Shown piece after piece: positions 1 to 13,730 of a stretch of DNA of 64,000 nucleotides. Where the stretch lies: contig CM082594.2 of assembly GCA_040954595.2 (NCBI GenBank), positions 5,503,319 to 5,567,318 on the forward strand, written 5' to 3'. Within the stretch, counting starts at the first letter, position 1. The number at the start of each line of letters is the position of its first letter. The stretch comes from Balanoglossus misakiensis (Eukaryota > Animalia > Hemichordata). The notes beneath the pieces are model-generated. The model was not told the origin of the DNA. It was given only the letters and a program-made list of their open reading frames with translations, and did not search any database. The translations under genes and the position numbers were made by a program.

Positions 1-44
1 ACTGGAATTTATATTGAATAACCTTCCCCTTTCCCTGATGTTAG

Positions 45-141
45 GACGAGGAACTGCTGCAAACAAAAATGAAAAATGAGACTGGTGATTTTCCTCAGGA
101 CCTAGGTTCCCTATTTACACAGGTGTACACACTTACGTACG

Positions 142-172
<31 letters not shown>

Positions 173-1465
173 GTACATACTCAGAATCCAACAGACCTTT
201 CAGTCGAGTTGAATATCATGATGAAAATAATGAAGTGGAGACTTTATTCTATCTATCACGCAATGTGATGACCCAAAAAACATGAATCAAGAATACTGTC
301 TTGTGAGAATTAGGAGACATTTTAATTATACCTTTACAGGGCAGATTCCGGCAGAAGTAAAATACAAGTGCATTCTAACTTTGTCTTTAATAGTGCTAAA
401 GCGAACTTGTCTCAAAATAGAGAGTACTCTATAAGAAAATGTGTAGTCTCCAATCCCTGCTCTTGGTTCCATGCTGACTCAATCATTGGTGCTAGGGGGT
501 CAAAATAACAGGATGTTGCAATGCATCTTGGGTAAGAACCAGTCTGTGCATGTACAAGATGCTGATTGACTATCTAATGTAAATTCTGTTTTATAGCTAC
601 TCAGGTTTTGAAGCGTAGTATTAGGAGTATGGAAAAAAATTACAAACAAAAAATCCTGACAAGAACATGTTTAATTTGACAAATAATTTTTAGGGTCTGC
701 TCCCAAACTGGCCTTTATAGACAGGTGGCCTTTACTGCACACATAAATTATACAGTGACTGTGACAAAGTGGCCACTATAGACAAGTTTCCACTATACAG
801 AGGTGGCCACTAATACAGGTTTGACTAGTTATTTTCCTATGAGTTTGCCTGCTAGGGTGATTATATGATTTTTAGGCATTTTGCAATTCTGGAATTGTTA
901 TAGCGGATGAGTTGTAAGTTTTGAAGATTTTATTTCACTGGCACTAAAGATACTCAGTTTCATTTCTTATACATGTACAATTTTTTAGAAGTTGACCCAT
1001 GCATGATGATATGATGCCATGCATACTAGTGTCCACATTCTGAGGATTCACAGATAGCACCTTCACTTGGGAGTTTGAATGATTTTAACGGATGCCATGA
1101 TCAGGAATCAAATTTTTTTACATCATTTCAAGACTACACTTGATAAATGATGCATACTTTGTTCACATGATGTATATATACGCCAAGCTATATTAGCTCT
1201 GTGACTGTAGTGCAGTTTGTACATTGTATTTGGAGTGGTGGGTAGCTTTTTACTTGAACCATGTACAGTTATTAATGAAAGGCTGCTTTGTTTTTTGTAC
1301 AAAAAAAGTATTATAGTATTAAAGTGAAAGAGAGCTGACCATACCAGTAATATTGTGTCGATAGAAACATTTTTTTTTTTAATTTCTCATTATCCATTAA
1401 CAATGGTTCATGGCCCATAAAGCTGCTTATGGCACGATATATACTGGAATAATTCAACAAATAAA
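45..1465 (+). other. Possible terminal exon and 3' UTR of an upstream plus-strand gene lying mostly outside the window
   Basis: Pyrimidine tract plus AG at 43-44, then a short frame (G)RGTAANKNEK* at 45-79; U/G-rich sequence ending in plus-strand AATAAA at 1460-1465. No homology recognised. Confidence 0.25.
705..826. mobile_element. MITE fragment with GTGGCCACTATA / ACAGGTTTGACT subrepeats; related fragments at 19411-19441 and 59907-59970
   Basis: Repeated ACAGGTGGCC(T/A)(T/C)TA units ending ACAGGTTTGACT; 19411 reads ACAAGTGGCCACTAACACAGGTTTGGCTGTA; 59907 is a small hairpin ending AGGTTTCACTATA. Confidence 0.55.
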
Positions 1466-1482
1466 TTTCATATTCTAAATAT

Positions 1483-4120
1483 TTTATTATGCATATTCCA
1501 AAATATGTACATGTTCAATTCTATAAGGGATTTTTACAAAACAACAAAATATTGTACACATATCCAAATCTTCACAAAATGTTGGAAATACAATGTTTCT
1601 TGCTTGCAATCAAAAACATAAATTACAGAACTTATGAATTTTTAAGTATTATTCAGAACGCTCCATCCTCCACTAGTGAACTTTAAACTTTGACTGTGAC
1701 ATTGGTCACATATCAATAGTTGGCACTTTAATATAGGGCAGATTCCACCAATCAAAATGCTTGTTTTAAGATATACCAACATTGGTCAGGTAAATTTGTT
1801 TACCGTTTAAATGAAAATGTACAGAAAACCCGGTAAAATGTACCAGAAACTGGTACCAGAAGTCACCATGTACAATTAGATATTCTCCACATCAATACTA
1901 GTATATAATCTTGTACAATATCCTCTGAATTAACAAAACACGAAGATGTAAATATATGAATACTATCAAAACTGTACTTTAAAAACCCTCAATTGTGATT
2001 CTCTGCTTAATATAAATTAATGCTTTTGCTATTTATATATATAAAATATTTTCTACCATTTCCTTTGCCTGAACATGTTCTTCGGTACAAACAAACAAAA
2101 TTGTAACAGCTCTGTTATTGGGTGAATGTATGGTATTTCATGATTACAGCCTCATTACTGCAGTATTTCAAGCAAAACTGACCCCCCCCCCCCCAATTTG
2201 TAAATAAGCATTTTTTCTAATGTTGCCATTACAATGTGAATACACTGATTAAGTTTTCATTTTCAATCCTGTAATGGACGCCACTTGAGCTAAAATCTCC
2301 CCCCCCCCCTAAAAAAAAAATAGAGATTTCTACAAGCCTCTTGACACTTTAAACACTGCACAGACAGTCCCTTGACACATTAGGAATTATACACACATAA
2401 ATCAGCCTCTCCTCATCATCTTCAATACCTCTTTATGTTGTGACCATAAACCTTGATCACATCACTCATGCACTAAACAATGCTTGAATTTTTAAAAACG
2501 TGAAACATGCATGCTTATATACCCTGCTGAAGAAATCCTAAAATAAATCACATTTGAAAAGAAATTAAAAACAGCACGATTGTGATGGTGATGCTCTAAC
2601 AGGAAGAAATATATATATACAATAAAATAAAATACAGTGTACAAATAAAATCAGATATCATTATCAGTTTACAACTGGTTCTAAACACAACGTCAAGGAA
2701 TAAAACACTCTGCCAGGGTTTTCCCATGATGCTTTCATTTACAAGTGAAATAAGAAAGTTAACTATTGCCTAAAAGTCCTGAGAACTACATGTATACAAA
2801 GACATATAAAAATACTGAATCTAAAAATCATGAGCTTTCTGTTTGTCTTCTTAACCCTTTCACCCCCAGTTCCTTCTATAGAGGTCCAGCTTTACCATAA
2901 AAACAATAGGTTTGGACTGAACCAAGGCGGTGAAAGGGTTAAAGCCTCTAAAGATCTGCTGATGAAGTGTCAGTATCATCATGACAGTTTGTAAATGATC
3001 ATCAATTCACAATCTCTCTAATGCAACAGCGTTTGGGCCATGGTGACAATGCATGGCATTGTGGGATACACCCTGAAGTTTTTCTGTATATTATTAAGTG
3101 TTCACGATATCATGATATTGTTAATGAATTTTTAGAAACATATTCCAATGTTGTCATGATTCTCAAAAATTATATATAGATTTGTGAATATTTGACTTTC
3201 ACGTTCATAATTGGAAGAATAATATCATCATATATCACTGTAAGTAGAATTTTGGAAGGAATCATTCTGGGTGTGTTCTTAATTGGCTCAGGACTGATGT
3301 CATAAAATTTGACAAAAGACATATTACCCTGTGTATTCACACATATTCATTAGTTTTGAGTCTGAATATAAAAGCCAAACAACAAATATCTGATTTTAAA
3401 CAGTATGCATAAGTTATGCAAATACAGATAGTATGCAAAATCATTAGTCTGTGCTGGTCTTGTCATCACACAATGACAAGTCCCAAGATTTAAAAGCAGC
3501 CATGGGTCAGTTAGCAAAGTGCTAATGTCAAAACTATGCAGGATGCAAAGCTCAGTTGCTGATCCAGATTATACATGAAGTTACTCTCTTGCAAGGGTGG
3601 AACTGTTTATATGCATGGCGCCTCATACGCATAGTGCTTTTTAAAGCAGAAATCAATGAAATGGATATTTCCATTTACCCTGTGTTAAGAGCTGAGATAT
3701 TGTTCATCATTCATGAAAGACGACTGATATTTCTAGCAATACCCATCGCAATACAGAGCATATGCTCTAAGAATGCAAAAGTTCAAAGTATCATACCAGC
3801 AGTATGAGCAATAAACGCCTTGGCAAAGCGAGAATGCAAAAATAATTGCTGAAGAAAGAAATTAGAGAAATATACTGCCAGGAAAGATAAGCAAAATCAA
3901 ACACTTGCTGTGTACGGGTCCCAAATAACTCAAAACCGATGAATATTTGGAAAAATTCCATGTTGAGTTTTCGCCTGTAGGCACTCAAAGTTCCTAAACC
4001 TAAATCTCTGTGCATGCTTTGACCACTTCACAACCTATCCACCCTGAAAACATGGTACAGTCCGATAGTTATTGCTCACGATGGGTGATTCCATTCACTT
4101 GGGAAATAGGGATGAAGTGA
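1483..4120 (-). other. Probable long 3' UTR of TRPM2 with AATAAA at 1483-1488
   Basis: AT-rich, U-rich on the minus strand, downstream of the stop at 4121-4123; minus-strand AATAAA coincides with a switch in strand composition. Confidence 0.45.
2851..2942 (+). mobile_element. About 84 bp piggyBac-like MITE, full copy with TTAA on both sides
   Basis: TTAA-CCCTTTCACC...GGTGAAAGGG-TTAA terminal inverted repeats; the same internal sequence recurs 7 times in the window. Confidence 0.8.
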
Positions 4121-7100
4121 TCAATAGTATGCATCATGGATTTGGGCCACTCTTCTGAGAATCGCAGTGTGACTGGCGTAGAGTGGAATGTTTCCACTAA
4201 TTCTCTGCCAGCGGACGGCCTGTGCATCATCACCAGCCTAGAACAGAAGACAAAATATTCATGAAAATGATATTTATTTTAAATTTTATGCGAATTTATG
4301 CAAAACAATGGTTTTTCAGATGATATGGATAGATATACAAGTACATAAAAATTAACCCTTCTCCCCGTCACCCCCCCCCCCCCTCCCCAACACACACACA
4401 TGTACCGTTCCCCCTTTAGAGGTCCAACCTAACCATAGAAAACATTGGGTTTGGACTGAACCATGGTGGTGAAAGGGTTGACAGTTACATACTTGATTGA
4501 CAGGCACTAGGAAAAGGTTTCCATAGACAAGTTTCAAGTACACAAAAAAATTTGTTGTCATGTGTAACTGTATTTGCCCAGTGCAAATATTTCTGTCATA
4601 ATCCAAATAACAGGGCTAGTCTTTACCTGTAATTTAAAATGCCCCAGTGTTCCGTTGTTATCGTCATGGTAATTTACAGCCACAGTCTCCATCCATGCAT
4701 TGTCAGTGTTCCTGGGATCATCCACATAGCCTTTGTAGACCTGTCACATAAAAAAGCGAAAATGTCAAATATTGGTAGAAACAGTTTAGAGGGGTTCTAA
4801 GGTATTGTCAAAGGGGACTGATAATAGCATTCAGTACAAACATTCTCTTAAATGTAGACAGGTTTCTCTGAACTAGTGGATTCTAAATCCCCAGGCTTGC
4901 AGCCATATCTCCAGAACAGATATCAGTACATAATAGTTTCTAGCTAAATAGCTGGTTGTCATACTAACCAGAGCATGCTAACTTCATCAAAGGTTCAAAG
5001 TAGCCTCTAAATGTCTGCTATTCTGACTCACAACTAATCTACCCTGCCTGCATCTCTGCACTGTGCAATATAGTCTACTGAGCACCGTGTATGTAGCTGA
5101 CATGAGATATCTACTTCAATCTGTGTTCTAACCTGCCATCAACTGTGAATAAGAAATACGAATATTAATCTAAAAAGTACATGCATCCCACAACGTTGCA
5201 CCCTCATGGCTAAATTTTCACATTAAATTTCTAAATACTGACTGACACTAAAAAGTACAAAAGTATCTATCGGTATACAATAACAAATATACCTACATGT
5301 ATATCAAGAAACTGTATAATACCTGGTATGTTTTATTAGCAACCAAATGTTGATGTATTGACAAACTTTTCACAGTATGCAAAATGCCATCTTGTGTGTT
5401 AAAAACATCATCTGATTTCCCAAAAAAATATTGCTGAACTGCTTACCTCGATACCGTTCTTGAAGAACACGTCCAACTTCTCGCTAATTTCCTTGATTTC
5501 TGCTTCGGACTTCTCCAGTCGCCCCAGAGCTTCTTCACTGAATTCAGCTTTCAGTGTTTGGCTCACCAACTGTCCTGGCTCTACCATACCCTGTCATGTA
5601 ATACAGGCAGAGATCAGTCTTATGAAGCAGTGTAGATGTAGCTAGGCTGGCTGGCACAAAAAATCTATCAATTTCCTCTTTGATGTGGCGTAGTATCAGC
5701 TACTTTTAGCACTACTCCATGAAACTGTATTGTACGGTAGTCAAGTTACTTTCTACTATCAGTACCATGAAACCTTCCAGCAACTCTAAACTACGTCTAC
5801 ATTGGTATCAGGACAGCCACCCCCTGATAGTTAACCACTAACAGCGTGGATTAGGGCATAAGGGATAGGTAGTGTTCGGTGGGTAAATGTCCAGGGGGTG
5901 ATTGACCTAGAACCCCCTTCATTATGGTATCTAGCAAGGTTTTACTTTACAAAATCAATTTCAAATCTATGCAGGGGTGTTTCATATCTTTAACTGCTTC
6001 ATTGAAGCAAAGCATAAGACTTACACCAGGTATCGCCCACTGTTGGTTGTCGCGTCTTTGTATCGCCACAAACTCCAAGACTTTCTTGCCGTCTTCTTCA
6101 AGAAAACTCCCGTCCGGTTTCTTCTTCCATCTGGAAGGTCAACAGAGGTCAAATATTCAAATCTTTTGGTATTTTACGCTAGGCATACAATCATTCATGT
6201 GGTCAAAGGAAATGATGGGTACAACGTCTTATAATTCACAAAGAGGTCACTAGAAAAATACCAGGTCACATTCATAGAATCGAAATATAATCATTTCTGT
6301 ACTTGAAAATAAAGACAATACATCACCTTGTAACAATGGGATCAGCTGCATGGTTCGGTCCGAACCTTCCCAACAATCCTCGACCAATCATTCCTGTCCT
6401 GCCTTTGGGATTTCTGAATAGAAAAATAAACATCACAAATGAGATCAAAGGCAAACAAAACTGGATTCAAAACTGCATCTATAGAATTCAATAGAAAAAG
6501 GGTCGAAAACCATATAGAAATCTAAACATGGTCATAGAAATTTTATAAACTTCTATAGAATTTTGGTAGCCTATAGAATTCTATAGATGTCTATAGAATG
6601 TTTCTGCACTTACAGTGGAAGACCGTCTTTGATGGTGTAGCTGCCAATGTAGCTCATACGACTGACCATACACTGGCTATCCATCTGATTGTAACACAGC
6701 ATGGGCCTGGTGTTCTTGGGCATTGCCATCAGATCTAAGTCAGCCCACGGAGGATTGTCAAGTACCAGAGGGTTCGTGTAATCCACTGGGTTATACCCAG
6801 GAAAGTCAATCTGAAATGATATTAACACAATCAATAATCAATCAATCAATTTGTCACGTTTGCAACAATGGGTAGGCACAAATACTAGGTGATATCATTC
6901 AAGGTTTCATATCTTGGTCTTGGTTACTCAACATAACATAATACACTTGAGCTGTTCGAGGGTGATATAGGTTTATGACACTGGGGATCGAGAAGAACTC
7001 ACCTCCCAATGCACTTTTTCATCAGGTACTTTGAATCTCCCCACAGCACATCCTGGGTACGGACTGAGTCTGGCTTTGTAGTGTAACATCAGTCCCAACT

Positions 7101-10100
7101 CTTCAATGGTTGTTGCCACCGTCAATGATTCATCTTCATCGCCGGATAAATCATCATAGTCAATGGCTTCTGTTAAGGGGGGAACAACAATGACAGATTC
7201 AGCATGATGAGGATATAGATGAGGATTAGAGATATTGTCCCGGAATGCAATATACCTTATTATGCTTACATACACTATTTCTTGAACCTACCATCTTTGC
7301 GCTTGATATCTTTCAGTTTAGGAGGTCCACTCTTCGCTCCCATTTTATTTTCCATCATCGCCTTGATGATCCAATCAAGTGCCTGCTGTGTTCTATCCAT
7401 CTAAAAATAATACAAAATCACAGAGAGATGTCATCAGTTTTTGTCATTCAAGGATTTGTAGGTTCTGATTTCAATACTTCAATCCGTTTTATTCCAGTGT
7501 AAAATTAAAAAAATGTTTCCCCACCACTGACCTGATTCTCCATGTTCCTCATTCGACTTTCCAGTCGTTTCTGTATGGGACCACCCCCTCCGCTAGCACC
7601 CGCCTGTTCATTTTCGTCGTCGTCGTCATTTGGTGCCTCCTCTTGCCACTGGTCCATGTACTGTATGATTGTGTCCACTCTGAACGACAAAAAATGAAAA
7701 TATCTTGAGATGAAAAATCTGAGCCATTTAAACAAAAGGGATGGGGTGACAGGGTGTAGGGAGTTTACTGCAAAATTCCTATCAGCTCCAAGAGCTGAAT
7801 TAGGAAATGTTTTGTGAAACCACCTATCATTCATAGCTTTTATCACGGCAAAGTATAATACATGTTCCCTCTATAGAGGTCCAACAACCATAGAAAACAA
7901 TGGATTTGGACCAAACCATGGTGGTGAAAGGGTTAAAACCATCTAACCAAAGAATACTCACTTTTCATAAGTAGCTTTGACTCTTTCATCAGTGTTCGCA
8001 GACTCCATCGTCTCTTTATTCATGATGTACTTCTCAGAATTGATCATTTCAAACAGACTCAGCTGCTTGTGTTCATCCACTGTTAAGTTTTGTTCTGAGA
8101 TTATAAAAAGATTCTGCATTAAGATACGTACATGTACTTATGTTGAGACTATTAAAGAATGTGTGGTCCCAGCATTCCCTTGATTTCAGTGTTTGATCTG
8201 GTCTCTGAACACACAGAACCAAACACAACCCATTTATGTACACATTGCGGAAATGTTAAATTCTTGTTCAGAAAATCTTAGAGATGTGTTTTTTAAGAAC
8301 AGGTTTCTCTAAAATTGGATTGTTTAACCATCGTTTTCATAGTCCTGCCAGCAATCCTCCAAAGATTATGGTTTATAAGATTGTCTGCCTGGATGTGAAT
8401 ATTGTCGCTTTTAAGTATGACAACCCAAGTAGTGACTTACTCAATGGTCGTACCACCCTGACTGCAAAGTAACCCCTTCGGAACTTGCAGCAACAGTTCC
8501 TGACGATGGCTCGGAAACTGATCCAGAGGTGGGACAAGACGATGAGAGGTGGGCAGAGAGGCGGACGGCGCATGTATTCCACGATCAGAGCGTACCGCTG
8601 AAACTTCCAGAAGATGTCGGTGTTTTCCTGCACGGCTTCAAAAGTGTAACTGCGGGAAAGAATTTAAGAAAATTCTGCATGCTAGTTTGGTAATATCTTT
8701 GATGCTTTTATGGAACAACATGGTTTTGGGTATCACAACTAGCATTTGCAAGAATTATACAATTGGCAATGGCAATTGCTGGACTAGGATAAATAATTGG
8801 CAATGGTTGGATGGAGTAAACAAGGCTATGATTGGTTGACCTATACATGGCAGTGATTGGCTGAATCACACCATAGTAATGATTGGTTGGAACAAACATG
8901 GCAGTGAATGGATATACAGCACATCACTATGTTCGAAATACTTTGGACCACAAGCCAACTTACCTGAACATAGCAATGAGTAAGTTAAGAAGCAGGACGT
9001 TGGACAACATCATGTAGAGGACCAGGAGGACGAGGACCAACCAGTGAGTGTCGGGACATCGCTGACCGCCGGCAGCAATCAGGGTTTCATTTGTGGTGCA
9101 GTCAATCTCCCCTGAAATGTAAACAAAATACACAGACACATATCGTAACCATCTCAGGAAACCTCACATGAATGCAAAAGATATTAAGGTATTAACCAGA
9201 CACCGACATTTTTTGCTTACCTCTGAGCTCTTCCAGAAATAATTCACCGTAAATCTGGAAGTAAGGTTTGTAGAAAATTCCCTCAATCAGGGGGACGATT
9301 CTGCTCTCATTGGGGTAGAGTATGGCCTGCATGGACACTCCATAGCCGAGGATGATGACGAACAAAATACCAACAAAAAACAGCAGGTCCACCATCTAGA
9401 ATATTGAACAAGTGAAGCAATTTGGGGTCAGAGGTCAATGATCAAAGGTGAGATGATGTCGTGGCTGTGTGAATTGCAGCGTAGGAGGCCATGGTGATAA
9501 GAGGTTAAGAAAAGCATATGGATTCTGAATTGAGAAATGTATGGTTGCTCAAAGCCAAGGGAGTTTGTTGTCAGTAGTATTACTCCAACGATGCTGGATA
9601 CCATGCAACCAATGCTGCCAAGGACCGATTCCATTTAAAGACAAAACAGACAGTGATGAACACAAGAAATCGAAAGCCACATAAACAGATGAACATCGCA
9701 AACTCACCATCCTACCAATCATGATCAGTTTCGGCCCCATCTGTCGGTTCAGGTAAAACACGTGCAGAAGTCGAACGTAGAAACAGAGGATATCCACGGA
9801 CCAGATGTACCGCGCCGCTTGCAGATTGCTGGAGGAGTCCGTCATTCGCAACCCAAAACCCACGTAGAATAAACTCAAAGTCACTATGTCAAGGATGTTC
9901 CAGTAATCATTAATCCAATTTGATAACTTCAAGTAAACACTGTGCGTTTCCTCTTGTATTATCTGGAAAAGAAGTTGTACAAAAAAACTGAAATTTATTA
10001 CGTAAATAATGAAACACAGTGGAGTTTCCAATATGACACACTAATGTACATGTATAGTTGGATCACAATGGGAGAATGATCACAGACCATCCAATCAAAT

Positions 10101-10788
10101 TCATGATCAAATTGCAACAGTATCACAATATAGCCAATACAATCACAGCACATCATACAATAACCAATCAGATCACAACACACCATAATCGACGATTGTT
10201 TGTGTTTTCTTGACTCACCTGTCTGACTTCCTCCAGGACTAGCGTACTAACCCAAAACACTAGAACTATTTCAGCAATGGAGATCTCAGGATAGAAACTA
10301 ATCAACATAATGTAACTGAACAGCACCAGAAATATGACATACGAAAACTGCAAAGGAAAATTACAACATTGGATTATACTGACGTGTATTGCTCATTGGA
10401 TATCACCCCCTTCCCCCAATATATTTTCAGAATTTCACATTCAGAATCTCTGAAATGATGAGAATATTGAAAACTCAACTTTGATTGACCATTGCATCCT
10501 TCTTTGCCAGTCAATGATAAGATTATTGTTTTGCTGACAAGTAGACCTAGTAGTACTCACCACATTGTAACAGAACGTGACGACCGGCGCTGAGAAGAAA
10601 TAACTGAATTTCTGATACATCCTCAGTTTGCGTCGTGCTCGTATATCAATGCCTTCCTCGTAGTCCACCAGGATATCTGTATCTTCATTGTCCCCATCTC
10701 CATCATCATCCTCTATCAATCTGCAAGAAAGATGGCGATTAATGGTGATGATGGTGGTGGTGGTGTGGTGGTTGTGGTGATGATGAAT

Positions 10789-10870
<82 letters not shown>

Positions 10871-10881
10871 GGTGATGATGG

Positions 10882-10914
<33 letters not shown>

Positions 10915-13682
10915 CGATGACGACAATAATGATGATGATGATCAAAACCAAGCAGACAAACTATTTATATCTTGATAACTGTTCATCCATAATTTCCTTG
11001 TTTGTTATCAACAAGAGCGTTTAAAACAACAAAACATGCTAACCTGCTTTTGCTGCCATTTTTCTCCTGTTGTATGCTGACCATTTGCAGACTTTCATTC
11101 AGTTTATCACCTTTGATGCTCTCCTGAAGTCAAAACAAGATCGTTTAATAAATAGGAGACTACTAATATGCATAGGCAACGTTAAAGCTAAAGATGGGAT
11201 GAGAAACAATGTACCTTCCGAGTTTCTGTCACAACTTGTATTTCTTCCTCAGGTTCCCTGAACTTTAGCAGACAATACATTAGAGGTGGGAACACCAGAC
11301 AGCACAACAACTGTAAAGACAAAAATATGCAACAAATATTCACACAAGCTGGCCAATCAGTGTATCTGTTTTACTTTTCTGATGCTAATTTCATGCGAAT
11401 GGTGTCTTTTATAAGTAACGATTGATATAATACAACCATTACGGTATGTAATACCCAATATTACAAAATACAAGAACACATTTGAACATACTTTCTAATA
11501 CGCCATTTGCCCCTCACACTCCTCCCCGATCTTACCTTCAGTGTAGTGGTATGTTCCCGGTCTAGTTTGCCATACCAGATAATACTGAGCAAGTTCTGTA
11601 CGGCTGAATGGGCGATGAAGTTCTTGTCATCAGCTGAGATAGCCAATCGTAGACAGGTCGACTTCCCCCAGAATGGAAGCTCGCGCACCAGCAACATAAG
11701 AGCCCGTTCCTCATCGTCTTTGTAACACTCTTGCAAGACACCACTGGCTACTTCTTCATATTCACTGTAAAAATTTAAAAGTGGAATTTCAATCAGGGTT
11801 TCTAGAGAGACTGACTGTCATCTTTCCCTTTCGAAAAATGTTCTATAGCATTCTATAGCAATAGCGTATAAAACTACATAGAAACCTTTAGACATCCATT
11901 GAAATTCTATAAACTTCCAGACAAATTCTATGGACTGTAGAATTATATAGATATCTGTAGGATGTTTTAGTAAGGGAATTATTCTCAGAGTGAAATACAA
12001 TCTCATGCTTTGTGGAACACAAGGCACATACTAAACACAGTATTGATCAAATACTGTGACCTCTTATGAAAAATATTCTACAGCAGGCATCACTGGTTTG
12101 ACCCTTTCACCATCATGATTCAGTCCGAACCCATTGTTTTCTATGGTAAGGTTGGACCCCAAAAGATGGAACTAGGGGTGAAGGGGCCAAGTTCACTTAC
12201 TCTGCTTTCTTCTCGAACACACACGTGACATCCAGATCATCTTCCATAGAAGCGATGGACTTCTGTATCTGGCTTGCAACCAACGCAGCTGCCATGGCGT
12301 CGCTGCCTTCCTCCCAGAACAGTTCTGCCATCTCGTGATAGTTCAGCAGGACGGACCACAAAAACAGCTCTCTGGTCGGGTTATCAAATCGCCGTTCACG
12401 TTTGGCAACTGAAACAGACATAAACAGCTTGAATGAACTTAAATGCTTGATATGTACAATATTGGTTCAAGGTAGTCACCTAACAAATTAATCTATTGTC
12501 TGATAATGTTTCAAAATACAGGAGACTTTGTAAATGTCTCAAGTCTGTACTTTGTCCATTTCCATCACCTCATAATAACACAGTTGCAAGTTGTAAAAGT
12601 TTTAGAAGTTTCTCTTTGAAGTGTTGTATTGCTATAATGCAATCACCATGGCAACAGCCCTGTCACTTGTATCTGCATATGAAAGCAATGATGGTTTAGT
12701 GAAGCCATGATGATGTTTTAGTGGGATGCAATGTCCACCAGATCTAGAATACAGACATTGCACTTTGAGACTAGAGAAAATAAAGTCATATTGCAGGAAA
12801 GAACATATTTTTAAAACAATTCATCCTATGATGTAAACACGACAGAATAATATCAATATCTGGGGGCATCATTAGTAATGAAAATATTAATTCCACAAAT
12901 GTAAGAAGTCATACAACAAACATGGTGCTTTAGCTTGTACTTTTTTTAGAAGCAGGCAAAACATTTCCCCTTCACCTGAAAACACCCCTGAAAATTGAAC
13001 TGTAATGGAATGTTCCTCATGTAACCTATGACCTAAGAGGTAAAACTGGGTTACACTAAGAGCGTTTTCCCTCCTACCTGGGTTGAAGGGTACCATAAAG
13101 TCATCAACCACACTGACACCTATGTCTACATCTGAACATAGAAAAAACAACAGGCAGACAAAATCTTAAGACGAGATCCTACATTTGATGGATACCAAAT
13201 TATCTCAAGTCAATTTTTTCAAAGTTTGTTTTCCAGTCACATGGATGATGTGTTTTAGTATTTACTGTTAAAAACAACAATCAAGAAACATTGTTTATTC
13301 AAACTTTTAGTTGGTTATTAAGTTAATACTAAAAAAACTACAATCAAAAGAAAATCTTAAAACTACCCACAAGATACAGGAAGATACATTTCTATAAAAA
13401 ACTTTCTTTTTTTTTCCAATTTTCACAAAGTTATCTAAGTTAATGACTATTGGTCAAAACGACTAAGACTAGCTCACCATAATCTAAAACACACAGGTAG
13501 ATATCATAACATTATGGCAAATATGAAAATTCAGAATATAAATTTTCATTTCAATTATAATAGAGTGGATGCAGGGACGAGAGACAACAAGGACACTGAA
13601 AATATGAAGTAACCCTTACAATATGTAGTGAATGGTTTTAATAATTGTATCGTAGATTTCTATGTAAATGACAAGAATCTGG

Positions 13683-13730
<48 letters not shown>

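Larger units (their letters stand above)
4121..7169 (-). other. NUDT9-homology (Nudix) domain-coding exons of TRPM2
   Basis: Seven terminal exons translate to NUDT9-family sequence ([40 protein letters not shown], Nudix box [35 protein letters not shown]) ending HDAYY*. Confidence 0.92.

Noticed and set aside
8760-8915. Regularly spaced repeats resembling a CRISPR array
   Set aside because: Degenerate units without unique spacers, in a spliceosomal intron of an animal gene, with no cas genes.
10441-11024. Long ORFs with poly-Ser/His, poly-Ile and poly-Met
   Set aside because: Translations of the (GAT)n microsatellite; only 10561-10720 is a real TRPM2 exon.
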